A stretch of 64,000 nt of DNA from Trichoplax adhaerens (lineage: Eukaryota > Animalia > Placozoa), in contig NW_002060947.1 in NCBI RefSeq assembly GCF_000150275.1, forward strand, positions 666,695 through 730,694, given 5' to 3'. Below the pieces are notes generated by a model. That model ran no database searches, was not told where the DNA came from, and worked only from the letters and a program-made list of their open reading frames with translations. Positions 26,600-39,949 of the stretch are shown here, in pieces (the stretch's first letter is position 1; every line of letters begins with the position of its first letter). The position numbers and the translations under genes were made by a program.

Positions 26600-27650
26600 A
26601 ATATGTAATGAAAAATACATAGATAAAATTAATTAATTTCTTTTTCCTCAGTTTCTCTCTTCCTGACCTACTCATAATATGCTTATGTACTTTCTAAAAT
26701 TTACAAATAGATTATAATTGTTGATAAGGACAGAAATTTATTTCTTTAGACGAAATAATTCCATTTTAGGTATTACTGTCTCTTGCACTTCCAACAATCT
26801 AGAAATTTTTATTCCTGGATATCATAAGCTATTCAATTTTAAGACGGGTTCTTTAATAAAGAACAGATCTTGAACTGATGTATGACTATCAGATTCATAG
26901 CATGAATATTTTAGAAGACGTTAACTTCAAAAATCATTTCTTTCAAATGATGAACAATATAAATATAATTGGATATTAATAGAAAGGTGTCGAAGATTTT
27001 ATAACAACGACACGGAAAGAATGCTATCTGAGATGACATAAAGTAAACGTAAATTGACAAGGTGTGAATAATCGTAAAGACGTGGAAACTAATTGAGTTG
27101 CCTGAAAGATTTTAATACAACTCTAGAGCAGAAAGGCCAAGTAAACCTTTATAAAAAGATATTAACAACTTGAAAGAGAAAGTTTGAAAAGAGAAACAAA
27201 ACATAACAGTAAATTATTGACAACTATTGCGGTGTTGTCTTTTATAAACGCAATTTACTTGCATTTAAAAATATAAACAATTAACATTTAAATAGTAAAT
27301 ATGTATTTCTTTTTTAATATAATAGATGTAATATTCTACAAGTCAGTTGTCTAAAAATTAGAATCAGGTATTATGATAAGTATCTTTTATTCTTTACTGT
27401 GATTTTAATAGAAATAATACAAGGCACAATAGTGATAAAAACCATATAAGAAAAGATCAAAGAAAGCCTTTAAATAATTTTCATTTTTAGTAACACGAAA
27501 TGTTAATTAATACTAGTTAGCAGCGCAGGCTTGAAATATTGCTAGTGAGGTAACGTTGCTGTGGAATTTAAATACAGTATTAGGTTAAATAAACGTTCTC
27601 ATCGAATTTTAATAAGATTGTAAATGTTTTCCATACTGCGTCAGACTTTT
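26600..27650 (-). pseudogene. Decayed class A GPCR relic (probably partial)
   Basis: LAI..TFRV (~27492-27545), VEYY (~27335), VV..LLLCFVSLF (~27200), IIFILFII (~26955). Confidence 0.45.
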
Positions 27651-27799
27651 ATTGAATTGGATAGGTATGTAAGAAAATATTTGGGCTACAAATATAAATG
27701 AAAAGGATTTGACCTGGTTCACCTAGTAATAGCAATTAAACAAAGATCACGGCTGTGAAATTTTTACCGATGGCATCATTAAATTACAAAGCACTTATA

Positions 27800-29000
27800 T
27801 GAAAATCATTACCGATTAAAATGTTAAGATAATACGAATAATCATGGACGGTTATATTCCGTTGTATCCGATGCTTGGTTTGCCTAGGTATGTGAAAGCA
27901 AAGAAAATGGTCTTTGCGTATTTAGCAAATCTATGAATGATCAGTGGTCAAAAAATTTAAATACTATAGTGGGATGGCATCAGAGAAATTGAAACCTGCA
28001 AATAAGATCTATTTTGATTTGAATGTCACGATGATTGTATACGCTAAAGCAAAAGAAATCCAATTTAAGAATATTGCTGGAACATACTCAATCTAAGAAA
28101 ATTTCACCTATTAAACTAGTGTATCTTTGGCCGCAGCCAAGTTGAAATGAAACACTGCTTAGTCCGAATACATCTCTTAAAATGTTGCTTTAGGCTGAAT
28201 TTTGAATAGTAGTGATTACTGTACACAGCATCTTCGCTAATGTGAGGTATGATACTATTGATATATTTCTGTACTCGTATGATGTAAATACCTATAACCG
28301 TAGCTTTTTGTAATCGAATTATAGGCACGTACAAGTAAATTTACCTAAATGTGAATACGATTATAATGGTATGACAATAACATCATCCAATATTTCCATA
28401 ATAACTTTTCGGTCAAATTTAGGGAGATAAAAAAACCTTAATCATTCTCAAAGATTTTTCTCTAACATCATGGTAATTTATTTCTTTACATTAAACCGTA
28501 ACAAAATGAGCTGAGTCTTTAGTCTAGATAAAATTTTATTTCGTAGTCATCTAATAACACAGATCTAAGGTAGTGGCTACGTGATTGAAATATTGTGATG
28601 GAACTATGCAGTATATTTGCAATCCGACAACTCAAAATTCTGAGTTGTTGAAATAAAGCAAATCTTGAGTGCGTTACAATTAGTTAAGACCGCATCATTA
28701 CCTTTCAATGCAACTTTTTTGTGCTCGTTTGTCTGAGAAGAATTCAATTTCTTTCCCTCATAAAATCAGTATAAATTAGCTAAGATAAATGACTTATTAG
28801 TCACATCGACAGCAGTTCTATACGTTTTATGTAAATTAAAATTGAATACTTTCTACATAGGAGTACTAAATCACCATTAGCACATTGCTATATAACAGTA
28901 ATTAATATGGCTATCAACTACGTTGTTATATAGCGCATAGTACCAGAAATCCGTTTCATTACTAGTTACTACCAATACTTTATTAAGGCATAAATTTCTA
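27800..29000 (-). pseudogene. Decayed class A GPCR relic
   Basis: SNxxxxW (~28950), CCR (~28810), CIER* (28698-28712), LYVPIIRL (~28310-28334), SIGYNGI (27855-27875). Confidence 0.65.
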
Positions 29001-29419
29001 CACTGCATACGATCACCGTGTTCCATAATACGTAGTTACTGGAATTAGCTGAAATCATTACAGTCAATTATATATTACTAAACTGGCTGCTTCTGTCTAA
29101 ATTATGAATGGTAATATGACATATTAATTATTAATATTAGTATAGGTTAGGATTAATATTATTACGATATTTCTTCTTATAAAAGCTACAACTTATTATT
29201 GAGTTGAAAAATTTATACCAGGGTATCATAAAACGACAAAAAGACCTATTGTTAGAGTGATTCTGGATTGGAATATCACCTTAACTTAAATCGATAAAGA
29301 TAATAGTAAACATGCCAAATAACTGTATCGTAGAGGATCTTACATGATTAAAATCGGTCAGCTACTACTGGTACATGTTAAAATTTTATAAATAAGTGGA
29401 TTTTATTGACAAAATTAAT

Positions 29420-30570
29420 ACAAGTGTGTCGTTTATTAACTTCCCTATCATACAATAAAAAAATTGAAATATGGATATAACCTAATGAGATACTGCACTA
29501 TTTTTAGCTAATATTATAGTTGGCTTATACAAAGTATCAAATTATTATATTAGTCTCAGATTACTTAGCAGCAGCGCGATTATTTATCGAGTTATTTCGT
29601 ACCATCAATGCTGTTCGCTTTTTATTCATTCTCCCATCGGCAAAATCCTGTACAACGTTGATACAAATTACTATATCCCCCGTAGTATGCTTTTACCACC
29701 AGAAATATGAAAAAATAATCGAATTTTTACGTCAATAATTTTTCTAGGAATTTTATTTGAAAGGCTTATTTCTTTTGTCTTCGACTTTATTACACAAAAT
29801 TAAAATTGAATTTTTTACTAGTGCGAAACTAGTACCTTCAAGTCCTTTGAAATTGCTCATTACTAAAATATACTGCAAAAGTAATTGTGGATTTAAGTGT
29901 TATAAATTCAAATTTCAAGTAGACTTTAATATGTTAATTAGTCAGCACCATGTCAATCTAACTCATAAAGATTATGTGGATGATAATCTGATACGTTAGG
30001 CATCAGAATGATTTACCAATTCGAATGCGACTAGCGTAGCTGTAATAACCCTGGTACGTATATAGTAAATTTTCGATTATCATTCTTTATCAATAAGGTA
30101 TTTGATTAGTAATATATTATTATTATTGTTGATCACGTTTAATTCTAGTGTTTGTATGAAAAGTATTTCTTGATCCAAAATGAACGCGTTATAAATTTGT
30201 GATACATACTTTATAGCGAAACAAGTTAATTTTTTTCTACCGAGAAATTAAATCTAAATGGATTTGGACCATATTTTATCCTTCAATAAGGGAAACAGAT
30301 TACAATATTTTGTTAATCATGGATGAATTACTGTCACGTATACTAGCGTTGTAGCCTATGTTAATCATTACCCAAATTCACGTGCATATAGGAAATATTC
30401 TCCGTTGAAGCCCTTAAATTAAACATTGATATTGTACGTGCCTGCAGCTACTCGAAATGTATTATACTTTACAAACGTTAATATTAGTGTAATGTAACTT
30501 AGTATTGCGATTGTAGACTGTTAGCCATATTTAGTATAATGTACGGTAGATATTTATCCTAAGAGATATT
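29420..30570 (+). pseudogene. Decayed class A GPCR relic, inverted relative to its neighbours
   Basis: LVSDYLAAARLFIELFR (~29550-29600) versus LVCNLAVAGLLIALIR; SSTLL (~29780); YSKF (30061-30072); IMYG (30536-30547). Confidence 0.55.
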
Positions 30571-30799
30571 TGGTAGCTATAACTATAGACTGTAGTGGTA
30601 TAGACTCTATGCTAGAGTACAGATGACTATATACAATAAGGTGTTGAGTTACTAATAAAGTTATAGGTAAAAATAGAACTGTAAATCATATGTCAGGATA
30701 TGGTTAATTCATTGCACTTTGGCTGGTGTGAATAATGTCTACGTAAATACTGTAGTCGTATCCATATCGGATTAATGATAGTCCGCAGTAGAATAGAGT

Positions 30800-32200
30800 T
30801 ACTAAGAATAATTTAACAATGTGTAAAGTAAGGTAAAAGGTTACCATGCGGATTGTAGCTGCGAATGCTACGAAAAGTATAAAAGCATGTAACTTTAGAT
30901 TATTCTGTCAGTTCGTTCTAGAAGTCTTTAGTAGTAATATTTGGCTAGAGTAGAGCTGTGAGTAGTTAATCTTTGTATAAGATTCAATAAAGCCCTTACT
31001 TTTCTAAAATTTGGAATTTTGTGATCGGTATATATCACAATTAGATAAATATTCGATTTAGGATACTGTATGATAATATAGCTTAAAATGCAACAGTCGA
31101 CACGTACTTTACCGCATATCTTACATATTGCCATTCTACCCTATTAGACTTAGAATAAAAAAGTGTCTAATGTTAAATCACGGCAAAATTGATTGCTGCT
31201 TTGAATCAATTACAATTCACTACTGAGATCAACTTTTCCAATAAGAAATAATTAAAAAATTTTCAAACTATTAGTTTTCGCTTATACTCTATTACTCAAC
31301 GTATTCATTCTCTGTTTTAATATGTAACTGTTATTTATCTCTATTGATCACACCCACGATTTAATTTTCTCACACTCTAGTTGGAATCTAATCATCACGT
31401 ATACTACGTACTTCATATTTACTGTACCGTAGGTTATATAGTATTCTATTCAATTTACAGGTTAAAAAACGAATAGATATCGAATGAATCTTTCGATGTT
31501 GTATCGTTCGAATTGCCTACAGTTTATTAGATTGATTATTTGATCAATAGCTTATGCTCTAAAAACTTCAATTTTATTTTATTTACAATTAATATCATTG
31601 AGAATATGGCAATCGAATTTATAAATTTATTAGTTAGAGAAATTTTTCAAATTTAAGATTCTACAAAAATATTTAGATTTACGTGTCACAAACCAGCTTC
31701 GTGACAAGGATAACGTAAAACAAATCTCTAAATTACTATAGTCTCTGGGATTCAGCTTCCCTTAACTACCTCACAAGAATTTAGACGCCTTTGCTTCCAC
31801 GTTAAAACAACTATACAATTGAGAACTGCTTTATTCAACTATCTGACGGGCTTATATACCCTTCTACAGCAGTCAATATTCACGAGTCATCTTATAAAAA
31901 TACTTAGGTGAGAATATCTACTAACTAATTTTTCACAGTCGGACTACAATATGTCCATTCACAGAATCATTTCAGTGCACATTACAGCACAGCATTAAAT
32001 TTACTGTAACACATTTATAATTAGAGTAATCCCTACTGTAAGTAACTAGTTGTAATATATTATCACTATATGATATTAACCAGATTTAGATGGCTATTTC
32101 TTCACGGTAGTTCGTACCGTGACATTATGATATTTCAATCTATTTCCATGAGCGTGATTTAATCAAAACGAAAATAAATCTTAAATATCGCATGATAAAG
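30800..32200 (-). pseudogene. Decayed class A GPCR relic
   Basis: GN (~32145), LTAVEGY (~31856-31877), FVF*P..TYG (~31430-31473), and a TM6-like stretch in ORF 30928-31134 (KIC..CCILSYIIIQYP). Confidence 0.55.
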
Positions 32201-33250
32201 ATGGACAAGAAAGCAAAGTTATGCTAATAAATGATAGCGCAACATGCATGAAGGAGCAATTGATAATAATAGTCTAATGGAATTGTAAAATTATAGAGGA
32301 ATTAACGCTTTTCTAGCCCTAACATACAATGACACGGACATGAGATGAATTATTTTATAAGATCAACAAGAACAGTACGTTAAAAAGCTAAAAATGACGT
32401 AATACGTAGATATTACATAATAGTTCTATAAACAACATCTGTGATGACTGCCAAAATAATATAAGGTTATCAATTTAATTTAGATGAATTAACGATAGCA
32501 AGGAGCAAATAAACATTGAAACAGATGTTGAGCTCCATCATCAATTTTTTGAAGCATACATTGACATACATCATAGAAATTAGTTAGAAGTAAGAATCTT
32601 CGAAAAGTAATTATTTAAATGGATAGAAGATCACATCTATTGTTGTAAAGTGGAGATAATTGTGTATTTACTATATAACAAAATAGAATTTTTCAAGTCT
32701 GTATGTGGAAATTGAATATACGTACTATCGTATGAGTTATTTTAATTGAATGCTGTGTAAACTAAAATGTAAATAATTGATAAAAAATGATGCTACTTGC
32801 AGGTTTGTTAGATATTATAAATTGATTTTATTGAATTGAATAATCGATTATAATAGCACAAAATTTATGCACATGACGCACATAGTAAAAATTTTTGGGT
32901 GAATTAAACATTTTATTTTTCTTTCAAGACAATGCAAATTGTACAGTTAAAAAGTTTATGGACATGACGTTCGCGGCTAAAATTTTCGAGTAGATTAAAC
33001 TTCTTATTTTTTCCTTTCTAGACAAATGTAAATTGTACTAATAACAATAGAAAGTTAACAATCAATTTTTTTCTCTGTAACGAGACCCTGCATTTTATTG
33101 CTGTTGAAAATGTGTATGTAGAAAACTATGGCAAGCTTTTTATCATATACGTATTAGCTATCTATATTTTCTATAATTTAGAGAAACTTTATTGAAGAAT
33201 CACAAAAAAATTTAATGCTAGAGCATCAATTATGGTAAAATTTAATCGCT
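32200..33250 (-). pseudogene. Decayed class A GPCR relic containing an internal 91-bp duplication
   Basis: IANTYM..LP (~33130-33160), ICLER (~33013-33027), and FKKLMMELNICFNVYLLLAIV (~32492-32554), which aligns without gaps to FSKLIVWLLFIIFVFLIPAIV of the 34-35 kb receptor. Confidence 0.65.
32860..33040. repeat. Diverged direct tandem duplication, 91-bp period
   Basis: tttatgcacatgacg..attaaac..agacaatgcaaattgtac (from 32864) versus tttatggacatgacg..attaaac..agacaaatgtaaattgtac (from 32955). Confidence 0.8.
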
Positions 33251-33299
33251 TAATAATTAATATTTTGTTTAGCGTACTAATTCAATTGAATTTTAGCGA

Positions 33300-33750
33300 T
33301 ATCTGCCGCCAGAGCGGAATTATGAACGCTGCAGAATATTAACTGAAAACTTAAAATGCGTACAATTTTCCTTTCTATAATACTCATTAATTAAGAAATG
33401 GAAGAAACCAGGTCGAAAATTTTTAATTTCTATAAATTTTAAAATCAAAAATACTCAATTTCATCTAGTTAAATAAAGATTTCAACAAAGATTTGGTCTT
33501 CGCAGCAGATAGCAAATTCGTATATTTATCTTTACACATAGTCATAGTTATACATTATTATTTTCGATGCCAAAAATGAATAGAATCATCAATGCAAAGT
33601 TTTCTAAAATTCACAGCTACAATTTAAAAATTTTATTACTTAATGTAACCAGAAGAGGCTTGACTACTGAGGAAAAATTTTCATATGCCTAACTGCAGAA
33701 ATTATAGTTTAAAACCTTAATATCCGTAATGCTCCTTTTTTTCTAGAAGC
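33300..33750 (-). pseudogene. Partial GPCR relic (TM1-TM3)
   Basis: VTLSNK (~33632-33650), NFALMILFI (~33575-33601), AICCEDQI (~33490-33513). Confidence 0.4.
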
Positions 33751-34174
33751 AATTTTTAGCCAAGCTGAAAATAAGATAATTTCATGTTCTATTTTGATTT
33801 TTATTATTCAATATAGACATTGAGGCTATATAGCTATGTCAATGCCGTAAATAGTTCTCTGCAAATTTTTAATTTATTACTAAACTTAATATCAACTTTC
33901 AGTTACAGTCACTTACAGGCTACGACAAAATTTTGAAAGAGAAAGTAGCCTGCGGATAGGCTGTTTTCTAAAGTTAAATCCAGACGGTATAATTCTGTTA
34001 TTGAAATTGAATTATTGTCTGAAAAAATTCTAGTTTTTGAAGCCAGTAGGTAAACCATTTAATATGGAAATTAGCCAATTGTTAGGACAATTTATGGTTT
34101 TTCGAGCAAATGGTTATGATCGCTGATATGAGGTTGTTTAAATCACCATGCTCGCTATCATATTTTAAGCTAGG

Positions 34175-35296
34175 TTACTTGGCACGTAGATTAAGCCATT
34201 TTGGAGCGTTTCGCCTATAATTTTTATTAAAATACCCATAGATAATGGCATTGTATGCGATACAAGTATAATTGAGTAAAATTAAAATATCAGCAATAAC
34301 TGTTACTGAACGACGATCTGTAAATTGAATCAAGTGAAAATCCAATAATACTAGTAGGAAGTAATAGGGAAAATTAGTCAATAAAAATAATATAACACAA
34401 GCTACGCATATTTTAATGACACGTCGTTTTAATTTTAGCCCGTGGTTCTCCGAGTGAAGATTATTTTCTCTTCTACCACTCATACTTGAACGACTAGCCG
34501 ACATCGACATTGTACGATGACCAGGTGGTGTTCTCCATAGCCGTTTAATAATAATAGCATATAATGTTACCATAACAATAGCAGGTATTAGAAATACGAA
34601 AATGATAAATAACAGCCAAACTATCAGTTTAGAAAATGGTATATGATGAATAATTGCGTTGGTAGTTTGATTGCGTATTATAATATCTAGTTTTGGTTGA
34701 GTCGGCCAGTTAGGTAGGCAAGCTTTGGTGTGATTATTGATATTAAATATGTGCATAAAGGTTGTATAAGGTATCCAAAATAGCGTTGATACTACCCAAC
34801 ATATAAAGATAAGTAGATATACTTTATTGGCAGTCATTCTCAATTTTAAATTGGTTGGATAAATGATATTAAAATAACGCTCGACACAAATTGCTGTCAA
34901 AGTAATGGAAATCGAGGTGACACACGATGCAGGTATTATTTGAGCCATTCTACATACACTCATAGAAAACGGATACTGATGACTAGGATAAATTAATTGA
35001 TTTGTCCTAATTGGTATTCTGATTAGTGCAATTAGAAGGCCAGCAACTGCTAGATTGCAGACCAGAAGATGAATTGGTAAACGCATACTTTTATTTGCTA
35101 ATGTAATCCATAAAATTAAAAAATTGCCTGGAATAGCAATAATCATGACCACGATATAAGCAACTGCAATCCACGGAAATGTGTATTCGCTTTGGTGACT
35201 TTGTAATTGAAACGTAGTCAAAGTTGATATACTCGCATATTGCTCATGAATGGTCTTGATACTAGAAGTTGGGTTGAAAGTCACATTCATCGTCAT
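34175..35296 (-). CDS. Single-exon class A GPCR, paralog of 21929-23125, ~373 aa from the first ATG (MTMNVTF)
   Basis: Same layout: IAIPGNFLILWITLANK, CNLAVAG, VCRMAQI, VERY, ICWVVS..WIPY, ACLPNWP, WLLFIIFVFLIPA, TNFPYY, ILNYTCIAYNAIIYGYFNKNYR. Confidence 0.93.
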   Translation of the reverse strand: MTMNVTFNPTSSIKTIHEQYASISTLTTFQLQSHQSEYTFPWIAVAYIVVMIIAIPGNFLILWITLANKSMRLPIHLLVCNLAVAGLLIALIRIPIRTNQLIYPSHQYPFSMSVCRMAQIIPASCVTSISITLTAICVERYFNIIYPTNLKLRMTANKVYLLIFICWVVSTLFWIPYTTFMHIFNINNHTKACLPNWPTQPKLDIIIRNQTTNAIIHHIPFSKLIVWLLFIIFVFLIPAIVMVTLYAIIIKRLWRTPPGHRTMSMSASRSSMSGRRENNLHSENHGLKLKRRVIKICVACVILFLLTNFPYYFLLVLLDFHLIQFTDRRSVTVIADILILLNYTCIAYNAIIYGYFNKNYRRNAPKWLNLRAK

Positions 35297-35679
35297 AATA
35301 ATTTTAGAGACAACCAAAAGTACTTCAAAGGCAATTTGGCTATTTTATCTATTCCTAGGATCTAAATTTTGGAGGAAGGAAAATTAGCGACTCCGCTTTA
35401 ATATCGAGAGTAATGGCAAGAGAACAAAAAATATTAATAGTTTCTCTTATGTAAGCAATCCTATTATACCTCCGTTTGAGTTATCAATAGTGATATGTTA
35501 TATTCGATGAGAAATAGTCACAAACTTATCTTAAAATTGCGAAAAGTAATAAATTTTTTGGATTGTCGTTCAATTTATGGACTATAACTCCAGCGTCGTT
35601 CCCATCAAACCAGATGAACCGACAATGATTATTGCCGATCGAATAAATCTCCAATTATAAACTCAGTAGTATTTAGCAT

Positions 35680-36900
35680 GTACATCATCGTCACAGTTGT
35701 TAATAGATGGCATAAAATAATGATTATAGGTTAAGATACATCTACCGTTCATGCCAGAGAAAAGCCTTGTAATTAATATTTTATCAGTTAACTTGAATTT
35801 TATAAACTCAATTACCTTTGTCTATTATTAATAAATTTAGTAATATTAGCTATTCATCTTGAAATAGAACCGATAAAGATATTGTATTTATAGAGTAGCA
35901 ATTAGTTGTCCATCAACAATGGACATCAACAAATCGATTGCAATTGTCTACTGTTAAGTTAAGGTCATTTTAAATGACAATTGCCTAAGGTACAGTTAGG
36001 CTAGACGGCGATTATTATTTCTTGTTGGTTATTTATCTTAATCTACGTGCAGTAGAAGGTAAATAAAATATTTTTTACTAAAATATAAAAGAGTATTTCA
36101 TATCATCTGAGAATAACAAAGCTTAAATACAACTAATCTATCATTTTATCATGTTAACCATAGTGACGGTAATGATTATCTACTTTTAGATTATGACAAT
36201 TTCATTTCACAAGAAATTAACAGTATTGTGTTAGTGTGAGAATAATATACATATACAATATATTTGTACACGTATATTATAAACATTAACATTTTCATTA
36301 CAGGCGATAGTCGTGGTACCGGTATTTTGTTTAATACAAACCATTCACTATCATTGCCAAATAATTTAGTTGTTATTAGAATTAAATTTTGGCATATTTG
36401 AGAGTAAAATTGTACAGTAATTAATTACGCTGCCAAATTAATGATTTATGAAATTTAAACAATCCACTACATAGGGTGTTAATTCTTAGCATTAAAACTT
36501 AACTCATATTTAATAGGAGTATAAGATTGAAAGAAAGCTTTAACCGGCCACAGTTTAAATATTCCATTGACAGTATTGTATAGTTTTAGGAAATTATAAT
36601 TATATTGAAATGAGATCATTCAATGATGAAGATATCGGACAAAATGAAAATTTCTCCTACATAATTAGCAAGATACTGATTTAGGTCAACAACATAGTTT
36701 ATTGATTCAAATAAAGGAAGGATATGTTACTTTCTTTAGTATACAGTATTGAAATTTCTCATAGCCGTTGAAAAAATGTTTTAGGGACAATAATTTTTTA
36801 CATAGGCACTTTTTGAATTTTTGTATGCTTGTGTAAATTTTATATGTAAGTATGAGGGAAAATTGACAAAAAGGTTTCTTATGGCGTATAGAATATTAAA
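35680..36900 (-). pseudogene. Decayed class A GPCR relic
   Basis: ILYAI (~36885), YNTV (~36575), VTMV (~36160), HLK* (~35970), TTN (~35905), IKF..TDK (~35790), CILTYN (~35730). Confidence 0.45.
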
Positions 36901-37350
36901 CGCTTACGAAGCGACGCTAGGTTACTTCTTTTGCCATTTATTACTCCAATCAAGATGGCTAAGTTTTTAGTTGTCGTTTACTTAAAAATTCTCGTGTGGT
37001 TTGGTAATGTAAATGAGTACATTTGTAGAGTGATTAACAGATTATCTCGTATAGTGATTATAATATTCGTTACAACTTGTAGTACGAATGTTACTACGGT
37101 AACATTTTATTCTTCAGAATTTCTAACAGACGATACAGTAATCGCAGAAGATAAAATTTGAGCGCAATAATCCATTATTAGATAGTGCTGGCGTTTCATT
37201 TAATTCATATCGAATTATTTATTACTGGTGCCTGGATATTATCAAGCCCGTAGAATTGAAAAGGAACTGATCTCTGTTATCCACAGTTGAAGTGGAGGAA
37301 TCTAGGGTTATTAATTAATGTAACTACCATCATTAGCTTTCTACGGGAGT
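36880..37350 (+). pseudogene. Decayed class A GPCR relic (TM2-ECL2)
   Basis: SD..LLL..TPIK (36910-36954), YICRV (~37018-37032), ECY (37086-37094; ERY with CGT>TGT), Y*IV (W4.50 as TAG, 37179-37181), LCYP (~37275). Confidence 0.55.
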
Positions 37351-37599
37351 TTTAATAAAAAGATTGAGGCTACGGTAAATCCAAATAATAAAAATACAAT
37401 TGTAATATAATTTATAATTCAAAATTATCATGTAAGTTTTGATAACACATAAGGCAAAAAATTGCGACTATTTAGTTATAACGTAAAATAGTTATACAAT
37501 TCGATTTGATAAATACAGGTGGAATAAATTGCTACCGGCCTAGAAAAGATTGATCTAATTATTTGATTTAAAAATTAAAAGCTGATTATCAATGGTTAT

Positions 37600-38500
37600 A
37601 AGACATATGAAGTTACAGATATCATTGCCTTTTTATTGATAACTTGTATGCAGTAAATATTATGAACGTTAAACGGCTAGTAAAAGCGTATAGTTTAAAT
37701 CTTGATTCATTATTCACAGTACTGCAGTATGTATTCATATCTTTCAAGTTATTTAGAATTGATACTCTTTCATGATGAAATTCTAGTATCTTCGACAAAA
37801 TAGTTTAGCATTGTAATATCTTCTGCAAATTTATAACTGATCGACTTTATTCGTTCCATCGATATCACTGATGTATATTAGACATATCAATTTTTAAACA
37901 TGTTCTTGTATGGTAGAAAGGCCTACAATTAATAATCTCATCTGTTCTATTCAGTCCTATGGGAAGATTGCTTTATTGTAACCAGTGTGATATCCTGTGA
38001 AAATTTTTTGAGTTATTCTTAATTATTTAACGTAATTTCATCTATTGATGGAAAACAGTAATGTTGATGGATAGTTTAGTAGCGTGCCTAAATATAAACT
38101 TCCGCTTTCTCTAAACGATAGCAGCACTCAAATAAGTGTATAGCCAGTCGATGATATGTACGACCCTAATTGTGTTATTTCTGTATTAAGTATCATTACT
38201 GAAAAATGTTCTTTGTGAAATATTGAGGACATTGAAATAAGGGAACAGCCATTAATAGTAGTTCCTCTATTCATATTATCATAATTTTACAGTTTTTGCT
38301 AAGAAGAATAATAAGTTCCGCTATTAGTTTATATTAAGGTCAGGCCAGAAAAATTAAAAATACATAATAGACTTCAATATTTGATATCAAGTGAATTGCC
38401 TTGTCTAATTTTGAATTTTAATACTGCTGCTTTGTTTTATAATACACATTGTTGTTATAGTTTTGATGGTTTGAACAAAAATTTTTTAAATATAATTATA
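37600..38500 (+). pseudogene. Decayed class A GPCR relic
   Basis: FCKF (~37825), RKAY..SSVLFSP (~37916-37957), ICTTLIVLFL (~38154-38183), LILNF..YN..NKNF (~38404-38486). The internal assignment is ambiguous. Confidence 0.5.
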
Positions 38501-38719
38501 AGTAATTATTACTTATTTTTGAAAATTTATGTTGGACATAAGTGATTCGATAGACAATACCATTAATTGAGTGTTATTTAGCTACTGATCATAGTTGAAA
38601 ACTCTGCGGATGTTACGATTCTTTTTCTACTGATATAATTCTCTTTACATAATAAATGATTAAAGTTTTATGATAGCCCAAGGAAGTAATTAAAAATTTT
38701 CTGCTAAAACAATATGTAG

Positions 38720-39900
38720 CAAAATATCGTCATAGATTAACTTGAAGCTGAAAATTGTATAACTTATATTCCATTGGGCAATTTAATTGCAACTAATTAA
38801 TTTAATCGTAGAGATAAAAGATGAGTTGATTAGGAGGAATATATAAACTTAGTAACTAAATCAAAGGATGTATTAATCAAGATTGCCTTTAAATTTAGAT
38901 ACCAACAAAATATATAAATACTTACTTTAGGAATAGACATATTTTTCTAATTCATACTTCAGTAATAAGTCATCGATATCAATTTACTATATTCCAGCAA
39001 GTTATAGAAGCAGACGTTTAAATCCTCTGATTTACATACCGGTATAACACGGAAATAATTGGCACTAATAGTGACTGTGCACAATTTTTTGTTTCTAAAT
39101 TCAATAGAATGCTATCGCATTACGCAAAGAAAAATTTCTAACGGTTCGTTGTCATTAAGAATTGTTTCCGCCAAATGTGAAGAGTAAATATACATCAGGC
39201 ATAAATGTTAGCAGCGGATGAAATAAATAAAGTTAAAATCTACGACCTTAAGTTTTAATGATATTTACTGTATATTATTAGCTTAAATGATAAAATTAAT
39301 TTTTTATACATATAGAATATATGCAGCACTTCTCCGATATTAAAAGAAATAATGAGATAGAGCTAAATTGTAGTAAACCTAACTCTATAAATACCGATAA
39401 TAAAAGTGAGAGACGAATATATTTAAACATTTAATGATTAGATGTGAAACTGCTAATACTTATTTAGATTCAAAATTCTTTGAATGACAACTGAAAATCT
39501 TGGTAATAGTAAATGTGCATAGAGGTAGAATATTAGATGATCACGTTATTATGCATATTTTGGGTCTAGTCGTACTGATGGAACGCATATTTATAAGAGA
39601 GAATATGTGAATATTCTAAAATTTTATAGTTCACAAATATTTGTTACTTGGATTTAGTCAGATAAGCATTTTGTAGGCACGAATAGTATACCTTACCTCG
39701 CGGTTACACCACATGTCCAAAACCTTTGCTAGACTAATGAAATCAGCTTTAATCAAAGATAGTTTGAGAATTTACCTATATGTAATCTAGAAAATGAGCA
39801 TGTGTTCTACTAGCTGTAAATTTTAATTCAAGTTAGTATTTTACTGTAATATTACATCCTTTATAGGAGTATTAAAGTAATCTGACAGTGATGATAAACC
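38720..39900 (+). pseudogene. Decayed class A GPCR relic
   Basis: IPLGNL (~38768-38786), NL..VLIKI (~38847-38885), YRYNT (39037-39051, versus DRYNT), VLLAVNF (~39810). Confidence 0.6.
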
Positions 39901-39949
39901 ATTTCTGATTCATTTTCTTGTAAATCTATTAGGTTCGATTTAGATTTGT

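Noticed and set aside
26760-27250. Purine-rich plus-strand stretch resembling a decayed coiled-coil gene (also 32270-32720)
   Set aside because: It is better explained as the antisense of T-rich transmembrane codons from minus-strand GPCR relics.
21929-35296. Opsin assignment for the two intact GPCRs
   Set aside because: There is no retinal-binding Lys in TM7 and the motifs look peptide-receptor-like. No specific ligand or gene symbol can be supported.
35297-35317. ORF-track TTG start extension of the second GPCR
   Set aside because: It is a non-ATG start; the first ATG at 35296 gives an N-terminus parallel to the paralog (MTM).
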